NCBI GenBank assembly: GCA_963817465.1
Contig: CAWFOP010000021.1
Location: 18,803-82,802 of the forward strand
Direction of reading: 5' to 3'
DNA: 64,000 nt
Source: an uncultured Acidobacteriota bacterium
GTDB taxonomy: Bacteria > Acidobacteriota > Terriglobia > Bryobacterales > UBA6623
Both the position numbers and the translations under genes were made by a program. The notes beneath the pieces are model-generated. The model ran no database searches. It saw only the letters and a program-made list of their open reading frames with translations, and had not been told where the DNA came from. Positions within the stretch are counted from its first letter, which is position 1. Every line of letters begins with the position of its first letter. Of this stretch, positions 47,504 to 59,000 are shown piece after piece.

Positions 47504-48838
47504 ATGTCTAGCGTTATCAGCGATTTAAAGGACGATCGGTTCGCGGTCGACGGGAACCGGAAAGGCGCGCTTGAGGAACTGAAAGTTAACGAAAAACGTG
47601 CTTTGCTCTCTCGCATCTGCGCCAGCAAGCACTTCCGGCGGGCCGTGAAGCTGAAGGCTTTTCTCCACTACATCTGTGAAGCCGCCTTCGACGGACGGAC
47701 GGAGGAGCTCAAGGAACATCGCATCGGCACCGACGTCTTTCGGCGCAAAACCGGCTATAACATGGCCGAGGACAACATTGTCCGCGTCGAAGCTCGGACG
47801 CTGCGAAACCGCCTCCAAAAATATTTTGATGACGAAGGTCGCCAAGAGCCTCTGATCGTTCGGGTGCCGATCGGCGCATATGTGCCTGAATTTGTCGACC
47901 GTCACGCCGCGCCGCCTTCCGATCCGGAGATTGCCGCCTCTCCGCGCCTGTGGGAGCGGCGCTGGGTCTTGGTCGCCGTCGCCGCGCTGGCGGCGGGGAT
48001 CGCGGCATTCGCGTATCAGTCACGCGCCGATCGTTCTCCCGGTCCCGCCGTGACCGGAATGCGCGCGGAAGCGCGACAGCTCTACGACAGCCTTCTCGGC
48101 TGGCCGGTCGACCGCGAAACGCTCGTCGTCCTGTCCAACCCGCGCGTGGTCGTCTTCCGGCGCTTTGACGACCCCGAACCGGCCGGCGAGCCGTCGCTCA
48201 TACCGGCCCCCCCTGAGCTCCAAGGCAGGCTCGTCGGCTCGCTCAACAACGAACCACAAACCGGCGACTACTATTTCTTCCAACCTCGGCCCCACGCCTA
48301 CACCGGCATGGGTGAAGCCGCTTCCGCATATCACGTCGGCCTCCTGATGGAGCGCCTCGGCGTACCGACGCGCCTGACTCAAGGGCGCTTCCTCGATTGG
48401 GAGAACGCCAAGTCGCAGAACCTCATCGTATTGGGTTCGCCGCACATCAACGCCTGGACTCTCGCGAACATCCCCACGGGAATCTTCGAGCTCGTCCGGG
48501 GCGGCATCGAGGACCGTCGAGACCAAGCCGGCCAAGCCGGCTTTTACCCGACCACCGTTGACGCCGACGGGAATCTCGTCCGCGACCACGGCGTGATTAG
48601 CCTTTTTGACCTAGGCGACTCGAAGGCGCTCATCCTTGCCGGCCGCACGAGCGCCGGCACGTACGGCATCGGGGAATTCTTCTTCGACGAGAATCAGATG
48701 CGGCGCGTCTTCAACGAGCTTACTTCGAACGGTAAGCTGCTCGTCCCAAGCGCGTGGCAAGCCTTAGTGCGTCTCGAGATTCACGAAAGCCTGCCGGTCA
48801 AAGCCGAGCTTCTTCACGCTGAGCCTCTGAGTCGCTAA
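47504..48838 (+). CDS. Membrane-anchored protein with an N-terminal winged-helix-like (CadC/ToxR-style) domain and an unknown periplasmic domain
   Basis: The N-terminus FRRAVKLKAFLHYICEAAFDGRTEELKEHRIGTDVFRRKTGYNMAEDNIVRVEARTLRNRLQKYF is a pattern I recall as common at the start of acidobacterial regulators. A single TM segment (WVLVAVAALAAGIAAFAY) follows. Confidence 0.5.
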   Translation: MSSVISDLKDDRFAVDGNRKGALEELKVNEKRALLSRICASKHFRRAVKLKAFLHYICEAAFDGRTEELKEHRIGTDVFRRKTGYNMAEDNIVRVEARTLRNRLQKYFDDEGRQEPLIVRVPIGAYVPEFVDRHAAPPSDPEIAASPRLWERRWVLVAVAALAAGIAAFAYQSRADRSPGPAVTGMRAEARQLYDSLLGWPVDRETLVVLSNPRVVVFRRFDDPEPAGEPSLIPAPPELQGRLVGSLNNEPQTGDYYFFQPRPHAYTGMGEAASAYHVGLLMERLGVPTRLTQGRFLDWENAKSQNLIVLGSPHINAWTLANIPTGIFELVRGGIEDRRDQAGQAGFYPTTVDADGNLVRDHGVISLFDLGDSKALILAGRTSAGTYGIGEFFFDENQMRRVFNELTSNGKLLVPSAWQALVRLEIHESLPVKAELLHAEPLSR

Positions 48839-48848
48839 GCGGCGAAGA

Positions 48849-50336
48849 CTAAGAGATTCGATTCAGCAGATTCCGTTCGCCGCCCACATCCGTGAGGCGG
48901 AAATCGCGCCCCTGGAAAAAGTACGTGAGCTTTTCGTGATCGAGACCGAGCAGGCCCAAAATGGTCGCATGCAGGTCGTGCACGTGCACCGGATCGTCGA
49001 CCGCTCGCAGCCCGATTTCGTCCGTCGCGCCGAACACCTGGCCGCCCTTCACGCCGCCGCCGGCCATCCAGACCGAGAAGCCGTAGGGATTGTGGTCGCG
49101 GCCGTTGCGATTGCCGCTGCCGCTCTCGCCGCCGTCGGTAAACGGAGTGCGGCCGAAGTCGCCGCCCCAGACGATCAGCGTGCTGTCGAGAAGGCCTCTG
49201 CTCTTGAGGTCCGCCAGCAGACCGGCGATCGGCTTGTCGACCGAACCTGCCATCGCGCTGTGATTTTGGTTGATCTCGTTGTGAGCGTCCCAGCCGACCC
49301 CGGCGCCGCCTTTGCGTCCGCCGGAATAAATCTGAATGAACCGCACGCCGCGCTCGACCATCCGCCGCGCGCGCAAGCACTGTACGCCGAACTCGTGCGT
49401 ATGCTCTTCGTCGAGCCCGTAAAGCTCCTTGGTCGCCTCGGTTTCGCCGTCCAGATTCGCAAGCTCGGGCACAGAGGTCTGCATATCGAACGCCAGCTCG
49501 TACGATTGGATTCGCGCCGCGAGCTCGCTGTCGTCCGAACGCTTTTCGTAATGCGCGGTATTCAAGTTGTTCAGCACGTCCAGCAGTCGGCGCTGTTCCT
49601 TCGCCGTCATGCTCTCCGGCCGGTCGACGTTCAAGATCGGTGGACCGTCGCTGCGCAGCACCGTGCCCTGGTACATGGCGGGCAGGAATCCCGCGCCGAA
49701 CGCCGGCGTCCCGGCCTTGATCGGTCCGTCGAGCATCACCATGTAGGCGGGCAGGTCGGCGTTTTCAGTGCCGAGCCCATAGGTGACCCACGAGCCGGCG
49801 CTCGGCCGGCCCACGCGCGGCCATCCCGTGTTCATCCAATTTTGCCCGGTGACGTGCGTGAAGCCGTCGTGGTAAAGCGACCGCACCACGGCCAGGTCGT
49901 CCGCGTGCTGCGCGACGTTTTCAAACAGATCTGAAATCTCGATGCCCGACTGACCGCGCTTCTTGAACGTCCGCGGCGAGCCCAGCAGCGGGACTTTCTC
50001 CATCTTGGTGAACTGAAAATCCACCTTCCCGAAGCTCTGCGGCACGGGCTTGCCGTCGAGCTCGTTCAAGATGGGCTTGGGATCGAACGTATCGATGTGG
50101 CTCGGCCCGCCGTGCATGAACAAGAAGATCACGCTGGTGGCCTTGGCAGGGAAGTGCGGCTTGTGCGGCGCCAGCGGATTCGACGAGGCGGGAGCGGCGA
50201 ACGCCGAGTCTTGGCTGAGCATCGCGGCCGCCGCCAAAGCGCCGAACCCGAGCCCGGACTTCGCTAGAAACTCACGCCGCGAGCCGATTTGCTCATCCCT
50301 TCCGCAAAACTGAGAAGTCCAATCTCTTCCGTTCAT
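48849..50336 (-). CDS. DUF1501 protein (sulfatase-fold, Tat signal)
   Basis: SRREFLAKSGLGFGALAAAAM, ...FLFMHGGPSHIDTFDPKP..., ...WD.H.... and a C-terminal GRDH region. It sits next to a DUF1553 gene, the usual pairing. Confidence 0.85.
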   Translation of the reverse strand: MNGRDWTSQFCGRDEQIGSRREFLAKSGLGFGALAAAAMLSQDSAFAAPASSNPLAPHKPHFPAKATSVIFLFMHGGPSHIDTFDPKPILNELDGKPVPQSFGKVDFQFTKMEKVPLLGSPRTFKKRGQSGIEISDLFENVAQHADDLAVVRSLYHDGFTHVTGQNWMNTGWPRVGRPSAGSWVTYGLGTENADLPAYMVMLDGPIKAGTPAFGAGFLPAMYQGTVLRSDGPPILNVDRPESMTAKEQRRLLDVLNNLNTAHYEKRSDDSELAARIQSYELAFDMQTSVPELANLDGETEATKELYGLDEEHTHEFGVQCLRARRMVERGVRFIQIYSGGRKGGAGVGWDAHNEINQNHSAMAGSVDKPIAGLLADLKSRGLLDSTLIVWGGDFGRTPFTDGGESGSGNRNGRDHNPYGFSVWMAGGGVKGGQVFGATDEIGLRAVDDPVHVHDLHATILGLLGLDHEKLTYFFQGRDFRLTDVGGERNLLNRIS

Positions 50337-50345
50337 AACTTCGCC

Positions 50346-52856
50346 CTAGTCCACATAGAGGAATTCGTTCAAGTTCAGCACCAGCAGCGCGACTTGCCGC
50401 ATTCCGCGCGTCGGGTCCGTTTCCGCCGCGGCGAGCGCCATCGCCTTGTCGACCTCTTCGTTCGACGGCTCGCGCCCCAGCGCCTCCATCCAAGCGTTGC
50501 GGATCCACTGCTCGGTGTCGCCGCCCTTCGCGATCATCTTTTCCGCGAACGACTCGGCCTGCTCGAGCATGAAGTCGCTGTTCATCATCGCCAGCGACTG
50601 CGGAGCCACCGTCGTCACATCGCGCCGCGCGCAGCTCACCGAGCTGTCGGGCGTATCGAAGGTCGTGAACATCGGCAGCGGGAACGACCGCTTCACGTAG
50701 AGATAAACGCTGCGGCGGTTCTGCTCGTTCGGATCGAGCGACGCCGGCCACTGATCGCGCGCCCACATGCCGCGCATCTCGTCCTCGGTCAGGGGCGGCA
50801 CCACCGGCCGTCCGCCCATCTCGAGATTGAGCTTGCCGGCGACGGCCAGCACGCTGTCGCGCAATTCTTCGGCCTCCAGACGCTGCCGGTTCATGCGCCA
50901 CAGGTAGAGGTTTTCGGAGTCGATCTTCGAGTCGGCTTCGTTCGGACCGCTCGCTCGTTGATACGCGTCCGAGGTCATGATCATGCGGTGCAGGCGCTTG
51001 ATGTCCCAGCCGTGCTCGACGAAGTCCGTCGCCAGCCAATCGAGCAGCTCGGGGTGCGAAGGCGGATCGCCTTGCTTGCCGAAGTCGTTCGGCGTGCCGA
51101 CGATGCCGCGCCCGAAGTGCCACTGCCACACGCGATTGACGATGACGCGGGCCGTCAGCGGATTCTTCGGGCTCGCCAGCCAGTCCGCCAGCGCGGCGCG
51201 CTTGCCGAGCAGCCCTTGCTTCCCGCTGTCTTCCGGAATCGTGTTCTCGCCGGCAATCGCCGTCGGGAAGCCCGGCGTCACCTCCGCCCCGATCGAACGA
51301 TAGTTGCCGCGCGAGGTCATGTGCACCGGGTAGTCCACCTCGGCCCGGCCCAGCACCGTCGCCGTCGGCATCGACATCTTCGCCGCGAGCGCCGCCTTGC
51401 CTAGCTCGTAGATCAGACGATCCCGCTCGTCTCGTTCTTTCGGGGTATACGGCAAGTCGATAGCCTTGCCCGTCGCGTTCTCCTTGAGCCCGGCCTCGGT
51501 CATGGCCGCCTCGAGCTTCGCGGCCAGCTCGCGCTGCTGCGGCGTGCGCTCCTCGTCGGCAAGCTTGTACGCCGCCAGCACTTCCGGCGAAAAGCGGCTC
51601 TCGACTTCCTTCTGCACGCGGTCGCGGGCGGCCTTGTCGATACGCTTGACCGCGTCCTGATACTCCTCGACCTTGAGCAGCTTCGGGTAACCGGAGTAGA
51701 ACCCCAGCTCGCTCATCTTGTTGACGACCGGGATCTCGCGCGGCTCGCTGCCCGAGAAGACCGCCATCATACGGTGATAGTCCTTCTGCGACAGGGCGTC
51801 GAACTTGTGGTTGTGACAGCGCGCGCATCCCAGCGTCAGCCCCAAGAACGCCGACCCCGTGGTGTCGACCGCATCGGTAAGCCATTCGTAGCGATACTGG
51901 CGGCCGTCCAGCGCCGCCTCGTGGTAGATCGGCCCAACCGTGTACAAGCCCGTTCCGATCTGCGCTTCGAGGTGCTCCACTTTTTCTTTAGGAATGTCAT
52001 AGCCGCCGCGGAGCTCCAAATCGTCCGGCCAGAGCTCGTCGCCCGCGATCTGTTCTTTGACGAATTGATCGAACGGCTTGTCGTCGTTGAACGCCTTGAT
52101 GACATAGTCGCGATAGCGCCAGGCGTTCGGGAAATAGATGTCGGTCTCGAAGCCGCCGGTATCCGCGTAGCGCACCACGTCGAGCCAGTGCCGGCCCCAC
52201 TTCTCGCCGTAGCGCGGGGATTCGAGCAACTGATCGACGAGCTTCGCCCACGCCGCCGGAGAGGAGTCGTTGACGAACGCCTCGACCTGCTCCGGCGTAG
52301 GCGGCAGCCCATGCAGGTCGATGTAGGCCCGCCGGATCAGCGTCCGCGGGTCGGCCGCGGACAACGGCTCGAGACCCTTCTCGTCGAGCGTCTTGTTGAT
52401 AAACGCGTCGATCGGGTTGCCGTCCTGTGTCGGCGGAGCCGGCTTCACGGGCGGGATGAACGACCACCATTCCGACTTCTCGAGCTTCGCTTCGGTCCAG
52501 GGCGCGCCGTCTGCGATCCACTTGCCCAGCGAGCCGATCTCTTCCGCCGAGAGCCGATCCTTGCCCATCGGCATCTTCAAGTCGTCTTTCGCGCCCGATA
52601 CCGCCTGATAAAGCAAGCTCTGATCGGGATGCCCCGGCGAGACGGAGGGGCCGCGTTTGCCGCCGGCCAGCAGGCCTTCGCGCGTGCGCAGGTCGAGGCC
52701 GCCCATCTTGGCTTCGCCGTGGCACTGCAAGCAGCGCTGCGACAGAATCGCGAGCGCCGGGCCGGTCGAGTCTTCACCGAAAGCGGAGGAGGGAATCAGG
52801 ACGGAGAAAGCAGCCAGAGCCGCCGCCGCCCCCAGCGTTTTCGTTAGCGTTATCAA
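50346..52856 (-). CDS. PSCyt (Planctomycete cytochrome c) + DUF1549 + DUF1553 protein
   Basis: The heme motif CLQCHG sits near the N-terminus. DUF1549 is indicated by [17 protein letters not shown] and DUF1553 by [10 protein letters not shown].... Confidence 0.85.
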   Translation of the reverse strand: MITLTKTLGAAAALAAFSVLIPSSAFGEDSTGPALAILSQRCLQCHGEAKMGGLDLRTREGLLAGGKRGPSVSPGHPDQSLLYQAVSGAKDDLKMPMGKDRLSAEEIGSLGKWIADGAPWTEAKLEKSEWWSFIPPVKPAPPTQDGNPIDAFINKTLDEKGLEPLSAADPRTLIRRAYIDLHGLPPTPEQVEAFVNDSSPAAWAKLVDQLLESPRYGEKWGRHWLDVVRYADTGGFETDIYFPNAWRYRDYVIKAFNDDKPFDQFVKEQIAGDELWPDDLELRGGYDIPKEKVEHLEAQIGTGLYTVGPIYHEAALDGRQYRYEWLTDAVDTTGSAFLGLTLGCARCHNHKFDALSQKDYHRMMAVFSGSEPREIPVVNKMSELGFYSGYPKLLKVEEYQDAVKRIDKAARDRVQKEVESRFSPEVLAAYKLADEERTPQQRELAAKLEAAMTEAGLKENATGKAIDLPYTPKERDERDRLIYELGKAALAAKMSMPTATVLGRAEVDYPVHMTSRGNYRSIGAEVTPGFPTAIAGENTIPEDSGKQGLLGKRAALADWLASPKNPLTARVIVNRVWQWHFGRGIVGTPNDFGKQGDPPSHPELLDWLATDFVEHGWDIKRLHRMIMTSDAYQRASGPNEADSKIDSENLYLWRMNRQRLEAEELRDSVLAVAGKLNLEMGGRPVVPPLTEDEMRGMWARDQWPASLDPNEQNRRSVYLYVKRSFPLPMFTTFDTPDSSVSCARRDVTTVAPQSLAMMNSDFMLEQAESFAEKMIAKGGDTEQWIRNAWMEALGREPSNEEVDKAMALAAAETDPTRGMRQVALLVLNLNEFLYVD

Positions 52857-52896
52857 AGTAGGTCCATTTAGACAGTAATGCTCCTGGCGTTCGCTG

Positions 52897-55800
52897 TCAA
52901 GTTAGCGCCCCTCTCCTTGCCCTGGGGGTCGATTGCGCTTCGTATTCGCTTGCTCGCCGCTCCGCTAACCGAGCTTCGTTTTCCTCTCCGAACGACCGCA
53001 GCACGCTCGCGGCCTCCCGAGCCGTGCTCGCCGCGCTTTTGAAGTCCCCGCCGGCCGCGTAAGCGGCTGCAAGCGTCTCGAGCGTCGGCGGATCGCGCCG
53101 ATCAGTCAACTCGGCCGCCTGCAGCGACAACTTGAGCGCGTCTTGGGCCGAGTCCTTCCGCGTCATCAAAATCGATGACCACAGATTCAGCGGCGCGGGC
53201 CAATCCGGCCGCAGCCGCGCCGCGATGCTTACCTGCTCCAGCGCCTCATCCCGCCGCCCCGCTAAGTCGAGCGATGTAGCCAAATACTGATGCGCCGCGG
53301 CGTAGTCAGGCTTCAGCTCAACCGCCCTCGAAAAATGACGAATCGCACCGTCCACATCCTTGCTCAGCCCCAGAGCCATACCCAGGTTGAAATGCGCGTC
53401 GACGAAATCCGGCCGCAGCTCCAGCGCCTTCCGGTAGCTCTCGACAGCTTCCTGGTTCCGGCCGCTCGCCAGCAATGCGTTCCCCAAGTTCGAATAAGCT
53501 TCGGCGTAATCCGGGCGAATCGAGATCGCCTCGCGATACAGCCTCGACGACTCGGCCGTTTGACCGGCGCCGCCGAGTGCGACCGCGGCGTTGAAGCGGG
53601 CCTCCGCCGAATCGGGTCGCAATGCGAGCGCCTTGCGGTAAGCTCCGATCGCCTCCTTCGAGCGCCCCGCCGCCAGCAAAGCCTTGCCCAAATTCGACTG
53701 AATCTCGGGCGACCGCGGCTCCAATCGAGCGGCCCTGCGATAAGACTCGATCGCCTCGTTGACTCGCTCGAGCGAGAGCAGAGCATTCCCCAAGTTGTAA
53801 TGCGCAATCGCGGAATCCGGCGCCAGTTCAATCGCCCGCTTGTAGCGCTCGATCGCTTCGTCGCCCCGGTTTGTCGCCAGCAACGCGTTGCCCACGTTCA
53901 CCAGCGCTTCCGGCGATTCCGGCTCGCCGTCGAGAGCCTGCTCGAGCATCGCGAGGCCGCCCTGGCGGTCTCCGTTCGCCTGTAGCGCCAGTCCAAGATT
54001 CAGCCGCGCTTCCGTATATTGCGGATTCACTTTGAGAGCCCGCCGGTAACTCGCGACCGCTTCGTCAACGCGACCCAACTTCGCAAGCGCCACTCCAAGA
54101 TTGTTGTGAGCCGCCGCGTTGTCGGGGTCGTGCGTGAGCGCCTCGCGATAGCTCGCAACGGCCTCTTCCACTTGACCCGCCTCCATCAGCGCGCCGCCCA
54201 AGTTGTAGTGCGCCTCCGCAAAGTCCGGCTTGCCGTCGATCGCCGCCCGAAACGCCGCGATCGCCTCGTCCCGCCGCCCCAACTGTTGCAGCGCAACGCC
54301 CAGCGACGTCAACGGCTCCAGATACCCGGGCTTCGCCTCCAACGCCTTCCTGAAGTACTCAACCGCCTCCCGCGGGCGCCCTTCTGACAACGCCGCCCGC
54401 CCCTGCACATTCAACGACTCCGCGTCGGGCCCCAGCGTCTCCTCGGCCTGCTTCGCCATCCGCGCCGCTTCTTCCTGTTTCCCGGCCCAATCGAGCACCT
54501 TCGCCAAATTGCGCAGCGCGATACCTTGCTGCTTTTCGTCGATCCGGCTCTCCACGGCTGTACTTACCGCGGCCAGCCGCCGGTCGCTCGGCTCGAGAGA
54601 GGCCTTGGCGATGCCTTCGTCCGCCAGCTCGTCGAGCAAATTCAACGCCAGTAGGCGATATCCCTCCAAGTTGAGGTGAACATGATCGAGAAAGTATTCC
54701 GGCCCGGTAATGCCGTGAGGAGAGCGCTCCTCGATGGTCGCGTCAAAATCGACCAACGGAACGCCGCGCTGCTGCGCCGCTTCGCGGAGAATCGTCTGCA
54801 TCGGAGTCAAGATCCGCAGAGGGCAGATGTCTTCGTCGATAGCGCGGTCAAACGCCGCCTTCGCCTCGTCAAATCGGCCGAGAGCATAGAGGGCCCGCCC
54901 GCGTTCGAAATGCGCGTCGGCGTAGCGGTCGTCAATCGCCAACGCCGCATCGGCCGCCGCCAGAGCCTGCTCGGGCCGATCGTTCTCGCGGGCCTCTGAA
55001 GCCTTCTTCAGCAAGCCCTCGAATCGACGGCGCTGCTCCGCTGCAAGGCCTTCGCGGTGTTCGCTTTTGAAGGGCGACGAGCCGCGTTCATCGGCCGCCG
55101 GATTCACGAAAATCAGCCTGGCTCCCGCCGCGCGCGCAATATCGACCATGCGATTCAAATTGAACCGATAGTGCTCGATGACCCCTGCGCGCCATTCTTC
55201 ATCGCGCGTATACCGACTCGGCCCCACCGAGTGCTCGAGCATCGTGTCGACTTCCGAGCTCAGCACGGTCGCCGCCGGCGCCGGCTTCTTGGAGGCGTCG
55301 ATAGCCTTCTGAGCGGCCGCATAGATCCGCGTTCGCGTGAATAATCCGCCCGCCTCGGAGAACAACTTCGGCGCCGCCGTCATCTCCGGGTACGTCCTCT
55401 TCTCGAGAAACTCGTTGTGGCCCGAATAAACGATGAAAAGGTCCGGTTCGTATCGCGCCAACTCTTCCATGACCACGGCGACGCGGTAGCTGGCATAGCT
55501 GATGCCCCCGGCGTTGATCACCTCCCAGCGCTTGCTCGGATCCGCCGCGGGCAACATCTCGCGCAGCCAAGCGCTGAACGACCCTTTGTCGTCATAAGGC
55601 CGCCCGTAGGTCGTCGACCCGCCCAAGGTGAAGATGCGATAAGCGTCGGCGGTCTTGTGTTTGAGAAAGCGCTGCTCGTTGAACCAGCGAATCTTGTTCG
55701 CCGCCGTCTCCATCCACGCCCGCCCGTCGCTCCCTTGCTTCTCGACAAACAGAGGGATGTTCGAAGCGAATCCCACATAAGGGTCGTCCGTCACAACGAC

Positions 55801-55989
55801 AGGGCTGACGCCGGCCAGCGCCAACGCCGCTTCGAGCAAGGCGAAGAACCCAACCACGGTAACGACCGCGAAAAGCGCTTTCTTCCAGGCCGGGAGGACG
55901 TACTTGGTCGCGGTTTCGGCGGACGCCTCCCGCGGCGTCGGCTGCGGCGCGCGGGCACGCCCGCGTTTGCTATGTTTCCTTCCGCTCAA
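52897..55989 (-). CDS. Large membrane-anchored SGNH/GDSL-like domain + multi-TPR protein
   Basis: N-terminal TM segment, then RIFTLGGSTTYG...VINAGGISY...SGHNEF (SGNH-like blocks), then about 18 TPR units. Confidence 0.7.
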   Translation of the reverse strand: MSGRKHSKRGRARAPQPTPREASAETATKYVLPAWKKALFAVVTVVGFFALLEAALALAGVSPVVVTDDPYVGFASNIPLFVEKQGSDGRAWMETAANKIRWFNEQRFLKHKTADAYRIFTLGGSTTYGRPYDDKGSFSAWLREMLPAADPSKRWEVINAGGISYASYRVAVVMEELARYEPDLFIVYSGHNEFLEKRTYPEMTAAPKLFSEAGGLFTRTRIYAAAQKAIDASKKPAPAATVLSSEVDTMLEHSVGPSRYTRDEEWRAGVIEHYRFNLNRMVDIARAAGARLIFVNPAADERGSSPFKSEHREGLAAEQRRRFEGLLKKASEARENDRPEQALAAADAALAIDDRYADAHFERGRALYALGRFDEAKAAFDRAIDEDICPLRILTPMQTILREAAQQRGVPLVDFDATIEERSPHGITGPEYFLDHVHLNLEGYRLLALNLLDELADEGIAKASLEPSDRRLAAVSTAVESRIDEKQQGIALRNLAKVLDWAGKQEEAARMAKQAEETLGPDAESLNVQGRAALSEGRPREAVEYFRKALEAKPGYLEPLTSLGVALQQLGRRDEAIAAFRAAIDGKPDFAEAHYNLGGALMEAGQVEEAVASYREALTHDPDNAAAHNNLGVALAKLGRVDEAVASYRRALKVNPQYTEARLNLGLALQANGDRQGGLAMLEQALDGEPESPEALVNVGNALLATNRGDEAIERYKRAIELAPDSAIAHYNLGNALLSLERVNEAIESYRRAARLEPRSPEIQSNLGKALLAAGRSKEAIGAYRKALALRPDSAEARFNAAVALGGAGQTAESSRLYREAISIRPDYAEAYSNLGNALLASGRNQEAVESYRKALELRPDFVDAHFNLGMALGLSKDVDGAIRHFSRAVELKPDYAAAHQYLATSLDLAGRRDEALEQVSIAARLRPDWPAPLNLWSSILMTRKDSAQDALKLSLQAAELTDRRDPPTLETLAAAYAAGGDFKSAASTAREAASVLRSFGEENEARLAERRASEYEAQSTPRARRGALT

Positions 55990-56023
55990 ACCCGGCGATC
56001 AGTCTAGCTGACGAAGTAGGGGA

Positions 56024-56054
56024 CGAACCGCGGCGTCCGACGGACGCCGCGGTT
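56024..56054 (-). terminator. Very stable hairpin between the TBDR stop and the TPR gene start
   Basis: Perfect 14-bp stem GAACCGCGGCGTCC / GGACGCCGCGGTTC with a 3-nt loop. There is no U-tract, so it could be a terminator or a processing/stability element. Confidence 0.45.
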
Positions 56055-56068
56055 CGGTTGGAAGCAGC

Positions 56069-59000
56069 CTAGAAGACGAACTTCAGGCCGAATTGAATCT
56101 CCCGCGGATTGCCCACGGTCGAGCTGATGATGCCCGCGCTGGGGTTGCCGATGCTGGCGCCCGGCAGCCCGAATTGAGGCGTGTTGAACAGGTTGAAGAA
56201 CTCGCCCCGGAACTGCACGCTCATGTCTTCGTTGATCGGGAAGCGGCGGAAGACCGAGAAGTCGAAGTTGATTCGCCCCGGGCCTTCCATGATGTTGCGC
56301 CCGCCGTTGCCGAAGGTGAACTGCTCGGGGGTGCCCCAAGCCGCGCCGCTCGAGTCCAGCGACGTGTCGAACCAGTGAGTCGGATCGGGATTGTCGATGC
56401 GGGCGTCATGCAGCGCGTCCGGCCGGCTGCCGCCGGCGTTTGACACCGAGTTGTTGAGCGCTGGAGTGAAAGGCAGACCCTCCTGCATGGTGACGATGAA
56501 ATTCGTCTGCCAGTTGCCCAGGAGGGCGTTGCCGGCTTTGCCCAAGTCGAACGAGCGACCCTGTCCGACCGGGGGCGCCCAATTGATCGTCTGGATGAAT
56601 CGCTGTCGGATATCGAAGCCCGCATTGCCGAAATCACCGTTCCGATTCCGAACGTCCTGAGGCAACGGCCCATTCGCGCCGCCGCCGAAGGCGTTGGGAA
56701 CGTTGTCGATCGCGTGCGACCAGGTATAGGAGGTCAGCAGGCCAAGTCCTCCCGCGAAACGCCGTTCCAGACTCGCCTGCAGCGAGTTGTAGTTGCTGCG
56801 GCCGTCTGTGCCCAGGTACGTGACGTTGACCACGTTGGGCGCGATGTCGCGCAGCGGCCGCCGCGGCGCCGGGCCGCCGGGTCCCGGAAACGGCTGGTTG
56901 TAGTTGAAGGTCGTGTCGAGGTTGCGTCCCCCGTTGGCGACGTACGCGACTTTTGTGACAAACCCCTTCCCCAGCGCCCGCTGGACTTGCAGATTCCACT
57001 GCAAGACGTAGCTGGCGCGGATGTCGGGAGGGTTGGTGAACAGCGAACCGGTGGGATTCTCCGCATTCCCCTCGAAGTCCAGCGAAGGTATCGGCGGCAA
57101 GCCGTCTTGCACTCGCGGGTAGTCGGGGTCGAATTGATTCAAGTCGACGGTGCTTACGGGGCCGAACGGCAACTGACGATGGCCTCGCATGATGTTGCCC
57201 CCGGTCCCCGTTGGGTTCCAGAAGACCCCGAAGCCGCCGCGGACCACGGTCTTCGAGTCCACCTGGTAGGCGAATCCGAAGCGCGGCGCGAAGTTGTTGT
57301 TGTCCGGTTGGATGCCCGTGTACTTGTCGGTATTGAAGCCCGCGATCAGCAGCTGGCCGGAGTCGATGTCGAAGTTCGAGATTCGATTTGCGACTTCATG
57401 GAGTCTCGTGAACAGCTCGTACCGCAACCCCAGGTTGAGCGTCAGCTTCGAGGTCGCCCGCCAGTCGTCCTGAAAGTAGAAGCCGTGCTCCCAGTTGCGG
57501 TAGCCGGGCGTCAGCAAGGCGAAGTCCTGCTGAATCACCGATGGCGTGCCGATGATGAGGCTGGCCATTCCGTCGCCGGTGTTCGAAACGTTGTTGGGGT
57601 CGCGGGTGACGTTGGTGTTGAAGTTGAAGCGACCCGCTCCTTGGTTGTTCTGGATGATCGTCATCTGGCGACGGCGCGTGTCGAAGCCGTATTTGATGGT
57701 GTGCTTGCCCATGATGTGGGTCATGTTGCCTTTGTAAGTGAAGGCGTTCTGGACGCGGATGATAGGCAGCGAACGCGTCTGGCCGATCTCTTGATAGCCC
57801 GAAGGGAAGAAGATCGGGATGCCGTCGGAATAGCCGGCTTGGTTGGCGTTCTTTACGCCCAACTGTTCGCCCAGCTTGGCGCCTTCCTCGGCGCCCTCTT
57901 GGGTGTAGTTGAGCTTGAACCGGTTGAAACCGAGACGCCCGTCGAACAGCACCGTCGGGGTGAAGCTGTGCGTGTAGTTGATCGCCGCGTTCTGTGCGGT
58001 AAACACGGAATTTCCCGCGAAGCTGCGCTCGCTGCCGAGCGCGACCGGCCGGTCGATCCCTGGGATCTCCGCGGCGGGGAATGTCGACGGCTGCACCGTC
58101 GTGGTCTCCTGGTACGAGTAGCGGCCGAATACGCGGCCCTTGTCGCTCACGTTCCAGTCGGCTCGGCCCATCCCCTGGTTCCAATCTTGCTCTTGCTTGG
58201 GCACTGTCCGCAGATTGTTGACGAGCCCCGGCGAGTCCGGCAGCGGCACGCCGTAGAACAGCTTCGGGGTGACCGCGTCGAACATCGATTGCGGGATTTG
58301 GCGATTCGGCAAGATGTCGCGGGTGAAGCCGCTGGGCGTTCCCTCGGCCGGCCGGACGCTGAAGGGGTCGAAGATATCGCGAACTGCGGAAAAGTCTCCG
58401 CCGCGCATCGCCGCCGAAGGAACAGTGCTGATCTCGGTCGTGCCGCGGCGCTTGCGGAAGCCCTCGAAGGCCCCGAAGTAGAACAGCTTGTTCTTCGCGA
58501 TCGGGCCGCCCGCGGTCGCGCCGAACTGGTTCTGACGGTAGTCCGGCTGAGTGGAGCCCGGGCGATCGAAGAAGTTCCGCGCGTCCATCTTGTTGTTGCG
58601 CAAGAACTCGTAGAGGCTGCCGTGGAGCTCGTTTGTTCCGTTCTTGGTGACGACGTTGATCGTCGCGCCGGCGTTGCGGCCCTGATCGGCCTTGAAGTTG
58701 CTCGTCTCCATCTTGAACTGACGGATCGCCTCGACCGACGGGCGCAGGCTGATCGACAATGTGATGCGGTCGTTGTTGTCGATGCCGTCGATCTCCCAGT
58801 TGTTGGCGTTCTCGCGAATGCCGTTTGTGAAAAGCTCGCTGCCGGGCCTCAGGTCGTCGGGGCGCGAGCCGCCCATGATGGTTCCTGCCGGTCCATAGCC
58901 GGCGCCGGTGACGCCCGGAGCCAGAATCGCGAGTTGCACAAAGCTGCGGCCGTTGAGCGGCAAGTCCTGGACCGCTCGCTCCTCAATGACTTGGCCGATC

